26,612 nucleotides of DNA from Acutalibacteraceae bacterium (GCA_045613005.1 JAZLAD010000155.1:1-26612); one strand, 5' to 3'; counted from the stretch's first letter, positions 8,851 to 16,734 are shown. Numbers and translations are program-made. The notes: generated by a model from the letters alone, not told the origin.

Positions 8851-9870
8851 ATGAAAATGCAAAAAATTATATGCTTATTTCTTTGTGCGCTGATGATTTT
8901 TGCAGTGTGCGGTTGTTCTGATAAGGGCGATAACAACACTAGCTCTAACAATTATTCAAGCACAACAAACGAGGGCTCAACCGGTGGAAATTCAAGCACG
9001 GGAACCACCTCGGAAGACGACATTCAAAACGAGTCAAGCCAACCGACTAATTCAAGCGATGATTCTCAAACTTCGAGCGATGATTCTCAAACTTCGAGTA
9101 ACACCTCGAGTAATACGTCAAGCAATAATTCAAGCAATACCTCTAAGCCTGCAGGTCAAACCTGTTCTCATAAAAACACTACAGTAAAGAACAAGACAGC
9201 CGCCACCTGCACCAAGGCGGGTTATAGCGGTGATACCTATTGCAAGGATTGCGATAAAAAACTTTCCTCAGGCTCTGCGATTGCTGCAACGGGTCATAAA
9301 AACACCGAGCTTCGCAACTACAAGGCAGCCACCACAACAGCAGCAGGTTATACGGGGGACACTTATTGCAAAGATTGCGGAACAAAGGTTGCCACGGGCA
9401 CTGTAATTCCAAAAGCGGAAACCATTTATGAAAAACGTGCAAGAACGATGGCGGCTGCAAGCAAAAAGGTTTCTCATCAGTTTGCAGACGTTGAAAAAGA
9501 AATTTTAAGACGTGTAAACGTTGAAAGGCAAAAGGCAGGTCTTAAAGCGTTGGAGTGGTATGAAGACCCGTATTGCTTTGTTAAAATAAGAGCTCAGGAA
9601 TGTTTACAGTCCTTTAGTCATACAAGACCTAACGGAAACACATGGCACAGTATTTATACCGATGCCAAGGTTGAACTTCACAAGGCTTCTGAGAACTTGG
9701 CTTATGCTGAAAATTATTCGGTAGATAAAATAGCTGAACTATTTGTTAATTCCTGGATGAACTCAGCGGGACACAGGGCAAATATTTTGGATCCTGACGT
9801 TACTCTGCTTTCTGTTGCGGTTGTTAAAGAGGGTAATAAGATAGGAGCCGTTCAGCATTTCTTTGATTAA
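8851..9870 (+). CDS. CAP/SCP-domain lipoprotein with Ser/Thr/Asn linker and two Cys/His repeats
   Basis: Lipobox VCGC; low-complexity linker; 2x H...T..GY.GDTYCKDC; CAP motifs FSHTRPNG, ENLA, WMNSAGHRANIL; SD GGAGGAG. Confidence 0.88.
   Translation: MKMQKIICLFLCALMIFAVCGCSDKGDNNTSSNNYSSTTNEGSTGGNSSTGTTSEDDIQNESSQPTNSSDDSQTSSDDSQTSSNTSSNTSSNNSSNTSKPAGQTCSHKNTTVKNKTAATCTKAGYSGDTYCKDCDKKLSSGSAIAATGHKNTELRNYKAATTTAAGYTGDTYCKDCGTKVATGTVIPKAETIYEKRARTMAAASKKVSHQFADVEKEILRRVNVERQKAGLKALEWYEDPYCFVKIRAQECLQSFSHTRPNGNTWHSIYTDAKVELHKASENLAYAENYSVDKIAELFVNSWMNSAGHRANILDPDVTLLSVAVVKEGNKIGAVQHFFD
9055..9141 (+). repeat. In-frame tandem repeats (2x21 nt exact, then about 4x12 nt degenerate)
   Basis: AGCGATGATTCTCAAACTTCG twice (9055-9096), then TCGAGTAACACC / TCGAGTAATACG / TCAAGCAATAAT / TCAAGCAATACC. 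Confidence 0.85.
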
Positions 9871-9881
9871 TAAAAAATAAA

Positions 9882-9950
9882 ATCGCCGCTATCGGCAAAA
9901 ACTATAGTAAAACTTAAGTAGTTTTTAATTGACTTTTTGCCGATAGTGAT
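9882..9950. repeat. Long-loop inverted repeat with nested hairpin
   Basis: CTATCGGCAAAAA (9889-9901) pairs with TTTTTGCCGATAG (9934-9946); internal AAAACT-taagt-AGTTTT. Confidence 0.6.
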
Positions 9951-9978
9951 AAAAATTATAATTTGCAGATAAAATTTT

Positions 9979-10010
9979 AGCTGTGCGAAAACGCACAGCT
10001 TTATTATTTA
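9979..10010 (+). terminator. Probable intrinsic terminator
   Basis: AGCTGTGCG-aaaa-CGCACAGCT followed by TTATTATTTA. Confidence 0.65.
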
Positions 10011-10079
10011 TACGGTTTTGGGTTGTTTGTAAGACCTAAAATATAATCGGTTGAAGTATTATAAAATTTTGCAAGAGAT

Positions 10080-10307
10080 TTAAACTTTTTTCGTTTTAGG
10101 ATAACGTTCTTTAAGGTCGGTTTCGCCGAGCAGATAGTCGACACTGGTGTTGTAAAAACGGGCGAGTTTTATTAAAACTGCAGTTGGAATATCATTTTCG
10201 CCTGTTTCATATTTAGAATAGCCTGTTTGCGACATCTCTAAAATTTTTGCAACTTCTGTTTGGTTTAAATCTTTGTCTTCTCTTAAATCTCGAATTCTCT
10301 TATACAT
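10080..10307 (-). CDS. XRE/Cro-C1 family HTH regulator
   Basis: 75 aa; RIRDLRED..LNQTEVAKILEMSQTGYSKYETG...SVDYLLG. Confidence 0.92.
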   Translation of the reverse strand: MYKRIRDLREDKDLNQTEVAKILEMSQTGYSKYETGENDIPTAVLIKLARFYNTSVDYLLGETDLKERYPKTKKV

Positions 10308-10348
10308 AATACATTTTACCCCAACTAATAATATTATGTATATTTTAG

Positions 10349-10393
10349 TTTAATCTAAACCAGGTTATTGAAATTTAATCTGAAATAGGTTAT
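10349..10393. promoter_or_regulatory. Two tandem quasi-palindromic operators, TAATCT-N5-AGGTTA
   Basis: TTTAATCTaaaccAGGTTAT (10349-10368) and TTTAATCTgaaatAGGTTAT (10374-10393), 25-bp period. Confidence 0.65.
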
Positions 10394-10396
10394 AAT
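10368..10396 (+). promoter_or_regulatory. Sigma-A promoter of the SLOG-like gene
   Basis: TTGAAA (10368-10373), 17 nt, TATAAT (10391-10396). Confidence 0.75.
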
Positions 10397-10414
10397 CGAA
10401 AACGAGGTGATATT

Positions 10415-10852
10415 ATGTATTCGTGTACCTTTATAGGTCATAGTGATTGTGATAAAAGCATTAAAGAAAAATTGATTTTTGAAATTGAAAATTTAATAAT
10501 TAATCAAAAGGTCTACACGTTTTACGTCGGAACGCAGGGCGGGTTTGATAGGCTGGTGTATGAGTGCTTGTGTGAGCTTGAGGAAAAATATGACATTAAA
10601 GTAGCGGTGGTCTTAGCCTATTTAAACCGTGAAGATGACCTGACGTATTACGATACTAAAAAAACTCTTTTTCCCGATTGCCTTACAAAAACACCGCCGA
10701 GGTTTGCAATAAGTAAACGAAACGATTATATGTTTAAAAATTCGGATTATTTGATTTGTTATTTAGATAATCAGTTTTCTAATACTTATGAGTTGATTTT
10801 AAAAGCAGTTAAGAGAAATAAGAAAATTATAAATTTGGGAAGGCTGCAATAG
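10415..10852 (+). CDS. DUF1273/YspA-related SLOG-family protein
   Basis: CTFIGHS...FYVGTQGGFD...VVLAYL...AISKRNDYM..NSDYLICY pattern; SD GAGGTG. Confidence 0.65.
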   Translation: MYSCTFIGHSDCDKSIKEKLIFEIENLIINQKVYTFYVGTQGGFDRLVYECLCELEEKYDIKVAVVLAYLNREDDLTYYDTKKTLFPDCLTKTPPRFAISKRNDYMFKNSDYLICYLDNQFSNTYELILKAVKRNKKIINLGRLQ

Positions 10853-10859
10853 AAAAAAT

Positions 10860-10898
10860 AAAGATGTGTGGAAATTAAAAATCCACACATCTTTTTTT
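10860..10898. terminator. Bidirectional intrinsic terminator
   Basis: AAAGATGTGTGGA-N9-TCCACACATCTTT with flanking A and T tracts, between convergent genes. Confidence 0.85.
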
Positions 10899-10912
10899 GT
10901 TGTTTGTGTTTT

Positions 10913-10939
10913 CGGGACGTCAAAGGCACGGTCCCCTAC
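10913..10939 (-). repeat. GTAG-tagged REP-like palindrome
   Basis: Minus strand GTAG-GGGAC-CGTGCCTTTGAC-GTCCC-G: GTAG tag followed by a GC-rich hairpin, at a gene 3' end. Confidence 0.45.
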
Positions 10940-10948
10940 AAAATAGAT

Positions 10949-12307
10949 TTAGTTTTTAAGGCTTTGCATAGGTGCAGGGATTCTGCCGCCGCGTGAGATA
11001 AACTTTTTAGGGCTTTTTGTAATATTTAGGTCCATAACAGGTCCACTGCCCAAAAGTCCGCCAAAGTTAAGCTCCTCTCCAACACCCTTGCCGATAGCGG
11101 GTATAACTCTGACTGCTGTGGTCTTTGAGTTTACCATACCTATTGCGGCTTCGTCGGCAATTATCGCCGAGATAACCTCTTCGGGAGTGTCGCCCGGAAT
11201 AATTATCATATCAAGACCTACAGAGCAAACCGCCGTCATAGCCTCCAGCTTTTGAATGGTGAGTGTGCCCTCTCTAGCAGCCTCTATCATTCCTGCATCT
11301 TCGGACACGGGGATAAATGCGCCTGATAGACCGCCTACAGAGGAAGAAGCCATAACGCCACCTTTTTTAACCGCGTCGTTTAGCATTGCAAGTGCTGCTG
11401 TAGTGCCGTGGATACCGCACTGCTCAAGACCTATTTCTTCGAGTATTCTTGCAACCGAGTCACCAACCGCGGGGGTGGGGGCTAGGGATAAATCAACTAT
11501 ACCGAACGGAACACCAAGTCGGCTTGATGCCACGTTGCCTACAAGCTGACCCATACGGGTAATCTTAAATGCAGTTTTCTTTATAACCTCGGCAATTTCT
11601 CCAAGGTCACCGTTTGGACATTTCTTTATTGCCGACTGTACAACACCCGGTCCCGAAACGCCGACGTGCAGAACACAGTCAGGCTCGCCTACACCGTGGA
11701 ATGCACCCGCCATAAAGGGATTATCCTCGGGAGCATTGCAGAGAACAACCAGCTTTGCAGGACCTAAGCAATTATTATCCTTTGTAAGTATAGCCGCTTG
11801 TTTTACGGTTTTACCCATAAGCGCTACGGCGTCCATATTGATACCCGATTTGGTTGAGCCAATATTTACAGAGGCGCAGATATTGGTGGTTTCGGCTAAG
11901 GCTTGAGGGATAGATTCGATAAGTGCTCTGTCGCCTGCGGAGAAGCCCTTATGCACAAGTGCTGAATAACCGCCTATAAAGTTTACACCCGTAGCGTCTG
12001 CGGCGCGCTGTAGAGTGCGTGCAAATAAAACGGGGTCAGCTCCTGATGCCGCCGCTACCATAGCAATAGGGGTTACCGAAATTCGCTTATTTATAATCGG
12101 AATACCGTATTCCTTTTCAATATCACAACCTGTCTTGACAAGATTACCTGCAAGACGGGTTATTTTATTATAGATTTTATCGCAAGCAACCTTTGCGTCG
12201 GAATCAGCACAGTCAAGCAAGGAAATACCCATAGTGATAGTTCTTATATCAAGGTTTTCCTGCTCAAACATTGTGACCGTTTCCATTATGTCCTTTAAGT
12301 TAAGCAT
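10949..12307 (-). CDS. UPF0210 / DUF711 (PFL family) protein
   Basis: 452 aa; [39 protein letters not shown]. Confidence 0.92.
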   Translation of the reverse strand: MLNLKDIMETVTMFEQENLDIRTITMGISLLDCADSDAKVACDKIYNKITRLAGNLVKTGCDIEKEYGIPIINKRISVTPIAMVAAASGADPVLFARTLQRAADATGVNFIGGYSALVHKGFSAGDRALIESIPQALAETTNICASVNIGSTKSGINMDAVALMGKTVKQAAILTKDNNCLGPAKLVVLCNAPEDNPFMAGAFHGVGEPDCVLHVGVSGPGVVQSAIKKCPNGDLGEIAEVIKKTAFKITRMGQLVGNVASSRLGVPFGIVDLSLAPTPAVGDSVARILEEIGLEQCGIHGTTAALAMLNDAVKKGGVMASSSVGGLSGAFIPVSEDAGMIEAAREGTLTIQKLEAMTAVCSVGLDMIIIPGDTPEEVISAIIADEAAIGMVNSKTTAVRVIPAIGKGVGEELNFGGLLGSGPVMDLNITKSPKKFISRGGRIPAPMQSLKN

Positions 12308-12326
12308 AGATTAAATACTCCTTAAA

Positions 12327-12596
12327 TTATATGCGGTGCATAGAGTTAAAAACGTCTTCGTGCATAACTCTAACGTCGAGGGATAACTCTTTACCTAAAT
12401 CCTTTAGTGTGTCAACAAAGTGGTTAAAATCATTAGCCTTTGAAACGTCGGTCAGCATAACCATTGCGAAGATATCACTTTGCATAACCGACTGGGTAAT
12501 ATCAACGATATTAACCTCGTGTGCTGAGCAAATAGCGCTTACCTTAGCGATAATTCCAACACTATCTTTTCCAATAACCGAAATAACTGTTCTCAT
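12327..12596 (-). CDS. ACT-domain protein (UPF0237)
   Basis: 89 aa; VISVIGKDSVGIIAKVS...NIVDITQ...MHEDVFNSMHRI; usual partner of UPF0210. Confidence 0.92.
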   Translation of the reverse strand: MRTVISVIGKDSVGIIAKVSAICSAHEVNIVDITQSVMQSDIFAMVMLTDVSKANDFNHFVDTLKDLGKELSLDVRVMHEDVFNSMHRI

Positions 12597-12599
12597 AAA

Positions 12600-13031
12600 T
12601 TAGTTTCCTCTTTCTTGCTTGATTTTTAGCAGTATATCGTAAATGACCTTAACTATAAGGGCACAGAACATAGCCGCACCGCCCGAAATATAGAAAGGCA
12701 TATAGAAAAAACCTGCAATAAACATTATAATACCGCTGAATAAACAACAGAAGGCGATATATATAAGGTCGTAAAGCTTTTTGCCTTCAAAAATAGTGTC
12801 CTTAATAATATTTTTAAGAAATCTTCTAACACAAAAGAGAGCTACCGCGCCAAACGCCACACAGGGGTAGCAGGTTAGCATAACGGTTGCCGCAAGGTCT
12901 GCCGAACGACCTTTAACCTCTACGTACCAACTGATACCGTAGGGAAGCCCTATGGTTAATACAACTAGCGAAAACATAAAGAAATATGTAATTGCAAGTG
13001 AAATCTTGGCACTTTTTTTGTAATTTGACAT
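12600..13031 (-). CDS. DUF2975-like membrane protein
   Basis: 143 aa with four hydrophobic segments and a DUF2975-like layout. Confidence 0.65.
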   Translation of the reverse strand: MSNYKKSAKISLAITYFFMFSLVVLTIGLPYGISWYVEVKGRSADLAATVMLTCYPCVAFGAVALFCVRRFLKNIIKDTIFEGKKLYDLIYIAFCCLFSGIIMFIAGFFYMPFYISGGAAMFCALIVKVIYDILLKIKQERGN

Positions 13032-13062
13032 AAAAAAACATCACATCCTATTTCAAATAACC

Positions 13063-13091
13063 ATTATACACCATATTGCGCATTTTTTCAA
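13063..13091 (-). promoter_or_regulatory. Sigma-A promoter of the DUF2975-ACT-UPF0210 operon
   Basis: Minus strand: TTGAAA (13091-13086), 17 nt, TATAAT (13068-13063). Confidence 0.75.
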
Positions 13092-13133
13092 GTAGTCGGT
13101 GAAAGTCGCAAGTAAATATATTACTTTACCCAT

Positions 13134-13162
13134 CGAACGGTGGTCCGGACGCCGTTCTTTAC
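13134..13162. repeat. GC-rich hairpin in the leader of the phage-like operon, possibly a degenerate REP
   Basis: GAACGG-tggtccggacg-CCGTTC; the minus strand reads GTAA-AGAACGGCGTCCGGACCACCGTTC-G. Confidence 0.4.
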
Positions 13163-13195
13163 ATAAATGGTTCTTTTAAGGAGGTTGAGAAGTAG

Positions 13196-13462
13196 ATGAA
13201 AAAGGACGCTTCTCAAAAAATAAAGGATTCGCTGTCGCAGCTTTTAAGCGGAGGGTTATCCGAGCGGGAGGAGCAGGAGCTCAAAAAACAAGGCTTCGAT
13301 ATAAAAAAGCCGACAAGAAGCGCCGCTATAGCTATCGCCCTTTACAAAAAGGCTGCGGCAGGTGACCTTAGTGCCATTAAAGAACTGCGAAGTATGCTGC
13401 CGCAAGAGGAAACTACCGCTACGGAAAGGACAGTTAAAATAATCGATGATATCGGAGATTAA
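13196..13462 (+). CDS. Putative terminase small subunit
   Basis: 88 aa; overlaps the TerL start; ALYKKAAAGDLSAIKEL helix and C-terminal VKIIDDI strand resemble TerS proteins; SD AAGGAGGT. Confidence 0.65.
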   Translation: MKKDASQKIKDSLSQLLSGGLSEREEQELKKQGFDIKKPTRSAAIAIALYKKAAAGDLSAIKELRSMLPQEETTATERTVKIIDDIGD

Positions 13463-14732
13463 GCTATCAAAGATAGTGGGTAAGGGGTATGATGATTTTT
13501 GGCGGTGCAAAGCCAGGTACAGAGTGCTAAAAGGCGGTAAGGCCTCTAAGAAGAGCACCACTACAGCGCTCAACCTCATCTACCGCTTAATGAAGTATGA
13601 AAACAGCAATCTTTTGGTTGTGCGTCAGGTAATGAACACGCACAGGGATTCTACCTTTGCTCAACTTAAATGGGCGCAAGAAAGACTGGGCGTAGAGCAT
13701 TTGTGGGCAAACACCGTAAGCCCTATGGAGATGACCTATAAGCCCACAGGACAAAAGATACTTTTTCGCGGCTTTGACGACGTGCTAAAAATCGCTTCTG
13801 CCACCGTATCTTACGGCTATCTTAACTTTGTGTGGATAGAGGAAGCCTTTGAAATTGGCGATGAATCGGATTTCGATAAGCTTGATTTATCGGTGCCTCG
13901 AGGAAAAATACCGCCCCCGTTATTCAAACAGACCACCATGACCTTCAATCCTTGGAGTGATACGCACTGGCTCAAAAAACGCTTTTTTGATAAAGAGCAG
14001 AAAAACTGCGAGGTGTTTTCTACAAACTATCTTACAAATGAGTTTTTAGACAATACCGACCGTGAAATTTTTGAGCGTATGAAGAATGAAAATAGAAGAA
14101 AATACGAGGTGGCAGGTCTTGGTAATTGGGGTATTTCAGAGGGGCTTGTTTTTGAAAACTGGAGTGTAGGTAAGGTATCTATAGAGAGTGATGAGGAATA
14201 TCTTTGGAGGAGTTTTTTCGGTCTTGATTACGGCTACACAAACGACCCTACCGCATTTGTTGCCTTTAAAGTGAATCCAATCGAAAAGAAGATATATATA
14301 TTCGATGAGTTTTACAAGAAGCGGATGCTAAATTGCGACATCGCAAACGAAATTATACGAAGAGGCTATAAAAAAGAGCGAATAAGGGCAGACTCGGCAG
14401 AGCCTAAATCAAACGATGACCTACGAAGACTTGGTATTTCCCGTATTACACCGTCTGTAAAGGGTGCGGACAGCATACTAAACGGCATTGCAAAAATCAA
14501 TGAATACAAAATAATAGTTGACCCAAAATGCGTCAATATGATAAAGGAGCTGTCATCTTACGTCTATGACGACAAAAGATTTCAAAACGGACTAAGGCTT
14601 CCAAAAGACACGGACAACCATCTCTGTGATGCTATGCGGTATGCCTTTGAGGACGTTAAGTTTTTTAAACCGCTTAACGACAGTAGCGGCGGCTCCTATG
14701 CGCAAGTATTCAATGGAGGTTGGAATGTGTGA
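13446..14732 (+). CDS. Phage terminase large subunit, PBSX/SPP1-like family
   Basis: 428 aa; Walker A GGKASKKS, Walker B VWIEEA, TFNP motif, nuclease GLDYGYTNDPTA and DNHLCDAMRYA. Confidence 0.95.
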   Translation: MISEIKLSKIVGKGYDDFWRCKARYRVLKGGKASKKSTTTALNLIYRLMKYENSNLLVVRQVMNTHRDSTFAQLKWAQERLGVEHLWANTVSPMEMTYKPTGQKILFRGFDDVLKIASATVSYGYLNFVWIEEAFEIGDESDFDKLDLSVPRGKIPPPLFKQTTMTFNPWSDTHWLKKRFFDKEQKNCEVFSTNYLTNEFLDNTDREIFERMKNENRRKYEVAGLGNWGISEGLVFENWSVGKVSIESDEEYLWRSFFGLDYGYTNDPTAFVAFKVNPIEKKIYIFDEFYKKRMLNCDIANEIIRRGYKKERIRADSAEPKSNDDLRRLGISRITPSVKGADSILNGIAKINEYKIIVDPKCVNMIKELSSYVYDDKRFQNGLRLPKDTDNHLCDAMRYAFEDVKFFKPLNDSSGGSYAQVFNGGWNV

Positions 14733-14881
14733 TTTATCTAGTATTTTTTATAGGTTTTTCGTCAGGCTTATTACTCGGATTGCTTGTGAGATTTTTAATA
14801 AGAAAAATAAAGAAACCCTTTAGGTATAAAAAATACGTTAACGAGTATAAAAGCTTTTTGGAGTTTGACGGAAGCCTTTAA
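14729..14881 (+). CDS. Small single-TM membrane protein (50 aa), absent from the ORF track
   Basis: Translated by hand: MIYLVFFIGFSSGLLLGLLVRFLIRKIKKPFRYKKYVNEYKSFLEFDGSL*. The GTG start overlaps the TerL stop (GTGA), and SD GGAGGT lies at 14715-14720. Confidence 0.75.
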   Translation: MIYLVFFIGFSSGLLLGLLVRFLIRKIKKPFRYKKYVNEYKSFLEFDGSL

Positions 14882-14899
14882 AATTTCGCAGGAGGAAAA

Positions 14900-15505
14900 A
14901 TGGAAAAGCAAGAAAATATCAAAGGTCAGGAAAAAATTGCAGAGGTTCCTGACGATAATAAAACAATCAGTGTAAAGTTCAATAAGGAAGTAAAGGAAAT
15001 ATCTCTAGAAGAGGCTAAGGAATTAGCGCAAAAGGGAATGAAATTCGATGCTGTAAGCGAAATGCTTGAGCGACTCAAAAACCTTAGCATAAGCGAGGGA
15101 AAGAGCGTTTTAGAATATATAGCACATCTCGAAAAGAAGGCTATGCTAAAACGAGCCGAAGGCTTAATTGAGGGTTGTTCTGATAAGGATGAGCTGTTAG
15201 AGCTTATTACAAATTTAAGTCTCGATAAAAAGCCGAACCTTTCGGGCTTTGAGGAGTTACAGTCAGCTTATCCCGAAATAGACGACGTTTCAAAAGTGCC
15301 CGAAGAGGTGCTCGAAAACGCTAACCTTTACGGCAGAAACGTTTTTGACCAGTATCTGAGATACTTGTTTGAAAAAAACAAACGCGAAGAAAAAATTAAA
15401 AAGACTCTTGCCGATAACAAAAGTATCGGCTCACAGTCTAAAAAAGATGATGGCAGCTTTGACCCTGTTGGCAGTCGTTTTTTAAAGGGACTTTGGGGTA
15501 ACTAA
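14900..15505 (+). CDS. Putative capsid scaffolding protein
   Basis: 201 aa, charged and helical; VKFNKEVKEISLEEAKELAQKGMKFD resembles a recurrent phage scaffold motif; directly upstream of the capsid gene; SD AGGAGG. Confidence 0.7.
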   Translation: MEKQENIKGQEKIAEVPDDNKTISVKFNKEVKEISLEEAKELAQKGMKFDAVSEMLERLKNLSISEGKSVLEYIAHLEKKAMLKRAEGLIEGCSDKDELLELITNLSLDKKPNLSGFEELQSAYPEIDDVSKVPEEVLENANLYGRNVFDQYLRYLFEKNKREEKIKKTLADNKSIGSQSKKDDGSFDPVGSRFLKGLWGN

Positions 15506-15537
15506 GCTAAAACTTTAAATATAAAGGAGAAATTTAT

Positions 15538-16713
15538 ATGTCAATTAATTCAATAGAAAATGCAGTAAGATATTCAGATGAGCTAGACCTTTTGTTTGAA
15601 CAAAAGAGCGTAACAGGTTTTTTTGCCGACAATGCTTTGGCTACAAAGTTTGTAGGTGCTAAAACCGTAATCATTCCCGACGTGGATTTTCAGGGCCTTG
15701 CAGATTATGACCGTGATACAGGCTTCACCCGCGGCGCTATAACTGTAAGTAACAATTCATATACAATGCTTATGGACAGAGCACGTTCCTTGCAGATTGA
15801 CCGCGAGGATATGGACGAAACCGGTATCGCAAACCTTGCAGGTAAGATACTTGGCGAGTACGTTAGAACAAAGGTAGTGCCAGAGTGCGATGCCTACGTG
15901 CTTTCAAAGCTTGCAGGTCTTGCGGCTACAAGAGCAAATACAATCGACGGCGACGTCACCAAGCCTTTTGAGGCACTTTGTAAGCTTATTAACGAGGTGC
16001 AGAGTGTAGCGGGTTACGATGAAGAGCTTGTAGCCTTTCTTGATAGCGGTATGTACGCGGCTCTTTCCAATTCAAACGAAATTTCCCGAATGATTACCGT
16101 GTCCGACTTTAAGCAGGGCGAGGTAAACCTAAAGGTTAAGTCGCTAAACGGCGTAGCACTTCTCCCTGTTGTTTCAGAGCGTATGAAGACAGCCTACACC
16201 TTTAACGCTACCGGTGCCGGTGGCTTTAAGCCGATGTCTTCGGCTCGAGAAATTTATATGCTGGTATGTCCTAAGCGCAGTGCTCACCTTGTAAAGAAAA
16301 CCGAGCAGATGAGAATTTTCACTCCTGAGCAGAATATTGACGCCGATGCATACAAGTTCGATTACAGAATTTATTACGACGTATTCGTATCAGGCAGCGG
16401 TCTTGATACTATTTGGGCTTGGCTTTCCCCTGCAGTAAACGTAACCGCAGCACCTGTAGGTAAGACGGTTACCGAGGGAAGTATCTCAGGCGACCTTTCC
16501 GTAACTGCTACCTCGAACGCTACACTTTCTTACCAGTGGTACAGCTGTAAGGACGAAAATAAAAACGGTGCTGTAAAGGTAGCGGGCGCTAACAAGAACA
16601 CCTTTACAATTCCTAAGGATTTAACTAAGGGTGCACACTACTTCTTTGTACGTATAATCATTGACGGTATCGCCTATACCGAAACCGATGCGGTTTGCGT
16701 AACTGTTAACTAA
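15538..16713 (+). CDS. Major capsid protein (HK97-fold) with C-terminal Ig-like domain
   Basis: GAKTVIIP, GLADYDR, DRARSLQID..DMDET, EYVRTKVVPECDAYVLSKL, YKFDYRIYYDVFV are coat-protein motifs. Residues ~298-391 are beta-rich with LSVTA...LSYQWY...GAN..TFTIP.....YF. Confidence 0.88.
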   Translation: MSINSIENAVRYSDELDLLFEQKSVTGFFADNALATKFVGAKTVIIPDVDFQGLADYDRDTGFTRGAITVSNNSYTMLMDRARSLQIDREDMDETGIANLAGKILGEYVRTKVVPECDAYVLSKLAGLAATRANTIDGDVTKPFEALCKLINEVQSVAGYDEELVAFLDSGMYAALSNSNEISRMITVSDFKQGEVNLKVKSLNGVALLPVVSERMKTAYTFNATGAGGFKPMSSAREIYMLVCPKRSAHLVKKTEQMRIFTPEQNIDADAYKFDYRIYYDVFVSGSGLDTIWAWLSPAVNVTAAPVGKTVTEGSISGDLSVTATSNATLSYQWYSCKDENKNGAVKVAGANKNTFTIPKDLTKGAHYFFVRIIIDGIAYTETDAVCVTVN

Positions 16714-16734
16714 AATTTACAAGGTTTTTACCTT

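Noticed and set aside
10018-10047. Plus-strand promoter for an antisense RNA to the XRE gene
   Set aside because: TATAAT at 10042-10047 has only a poor -35, and the region is AT-rich, so a chance match is likely.
10080-10307. XRE protein as the repressor of the phage-like module
   Set aside because: It lies 3 kb away behind three host genes. Its apparent operators sit at the SLOG promoter, and that motif is not seen in the module leader.
13032-13195. Sporulation sigma (E/K/G) promoter for the module
   Set aside because: CATA-containing words exist (13072, 13162), but none has a correctly spaced -35 element.
16423-16438. Possible +1 frameshift at CTT TCC CCT giving an Ig-less capsid (TAA at 16436 in the +1 frame)
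   Set aside because: It lies at the domain boundary, but there is no stimulator (no internal SD or stop codon at the site), and a nearby off-frame stop is expected by chance. Only particle MS could revive it.
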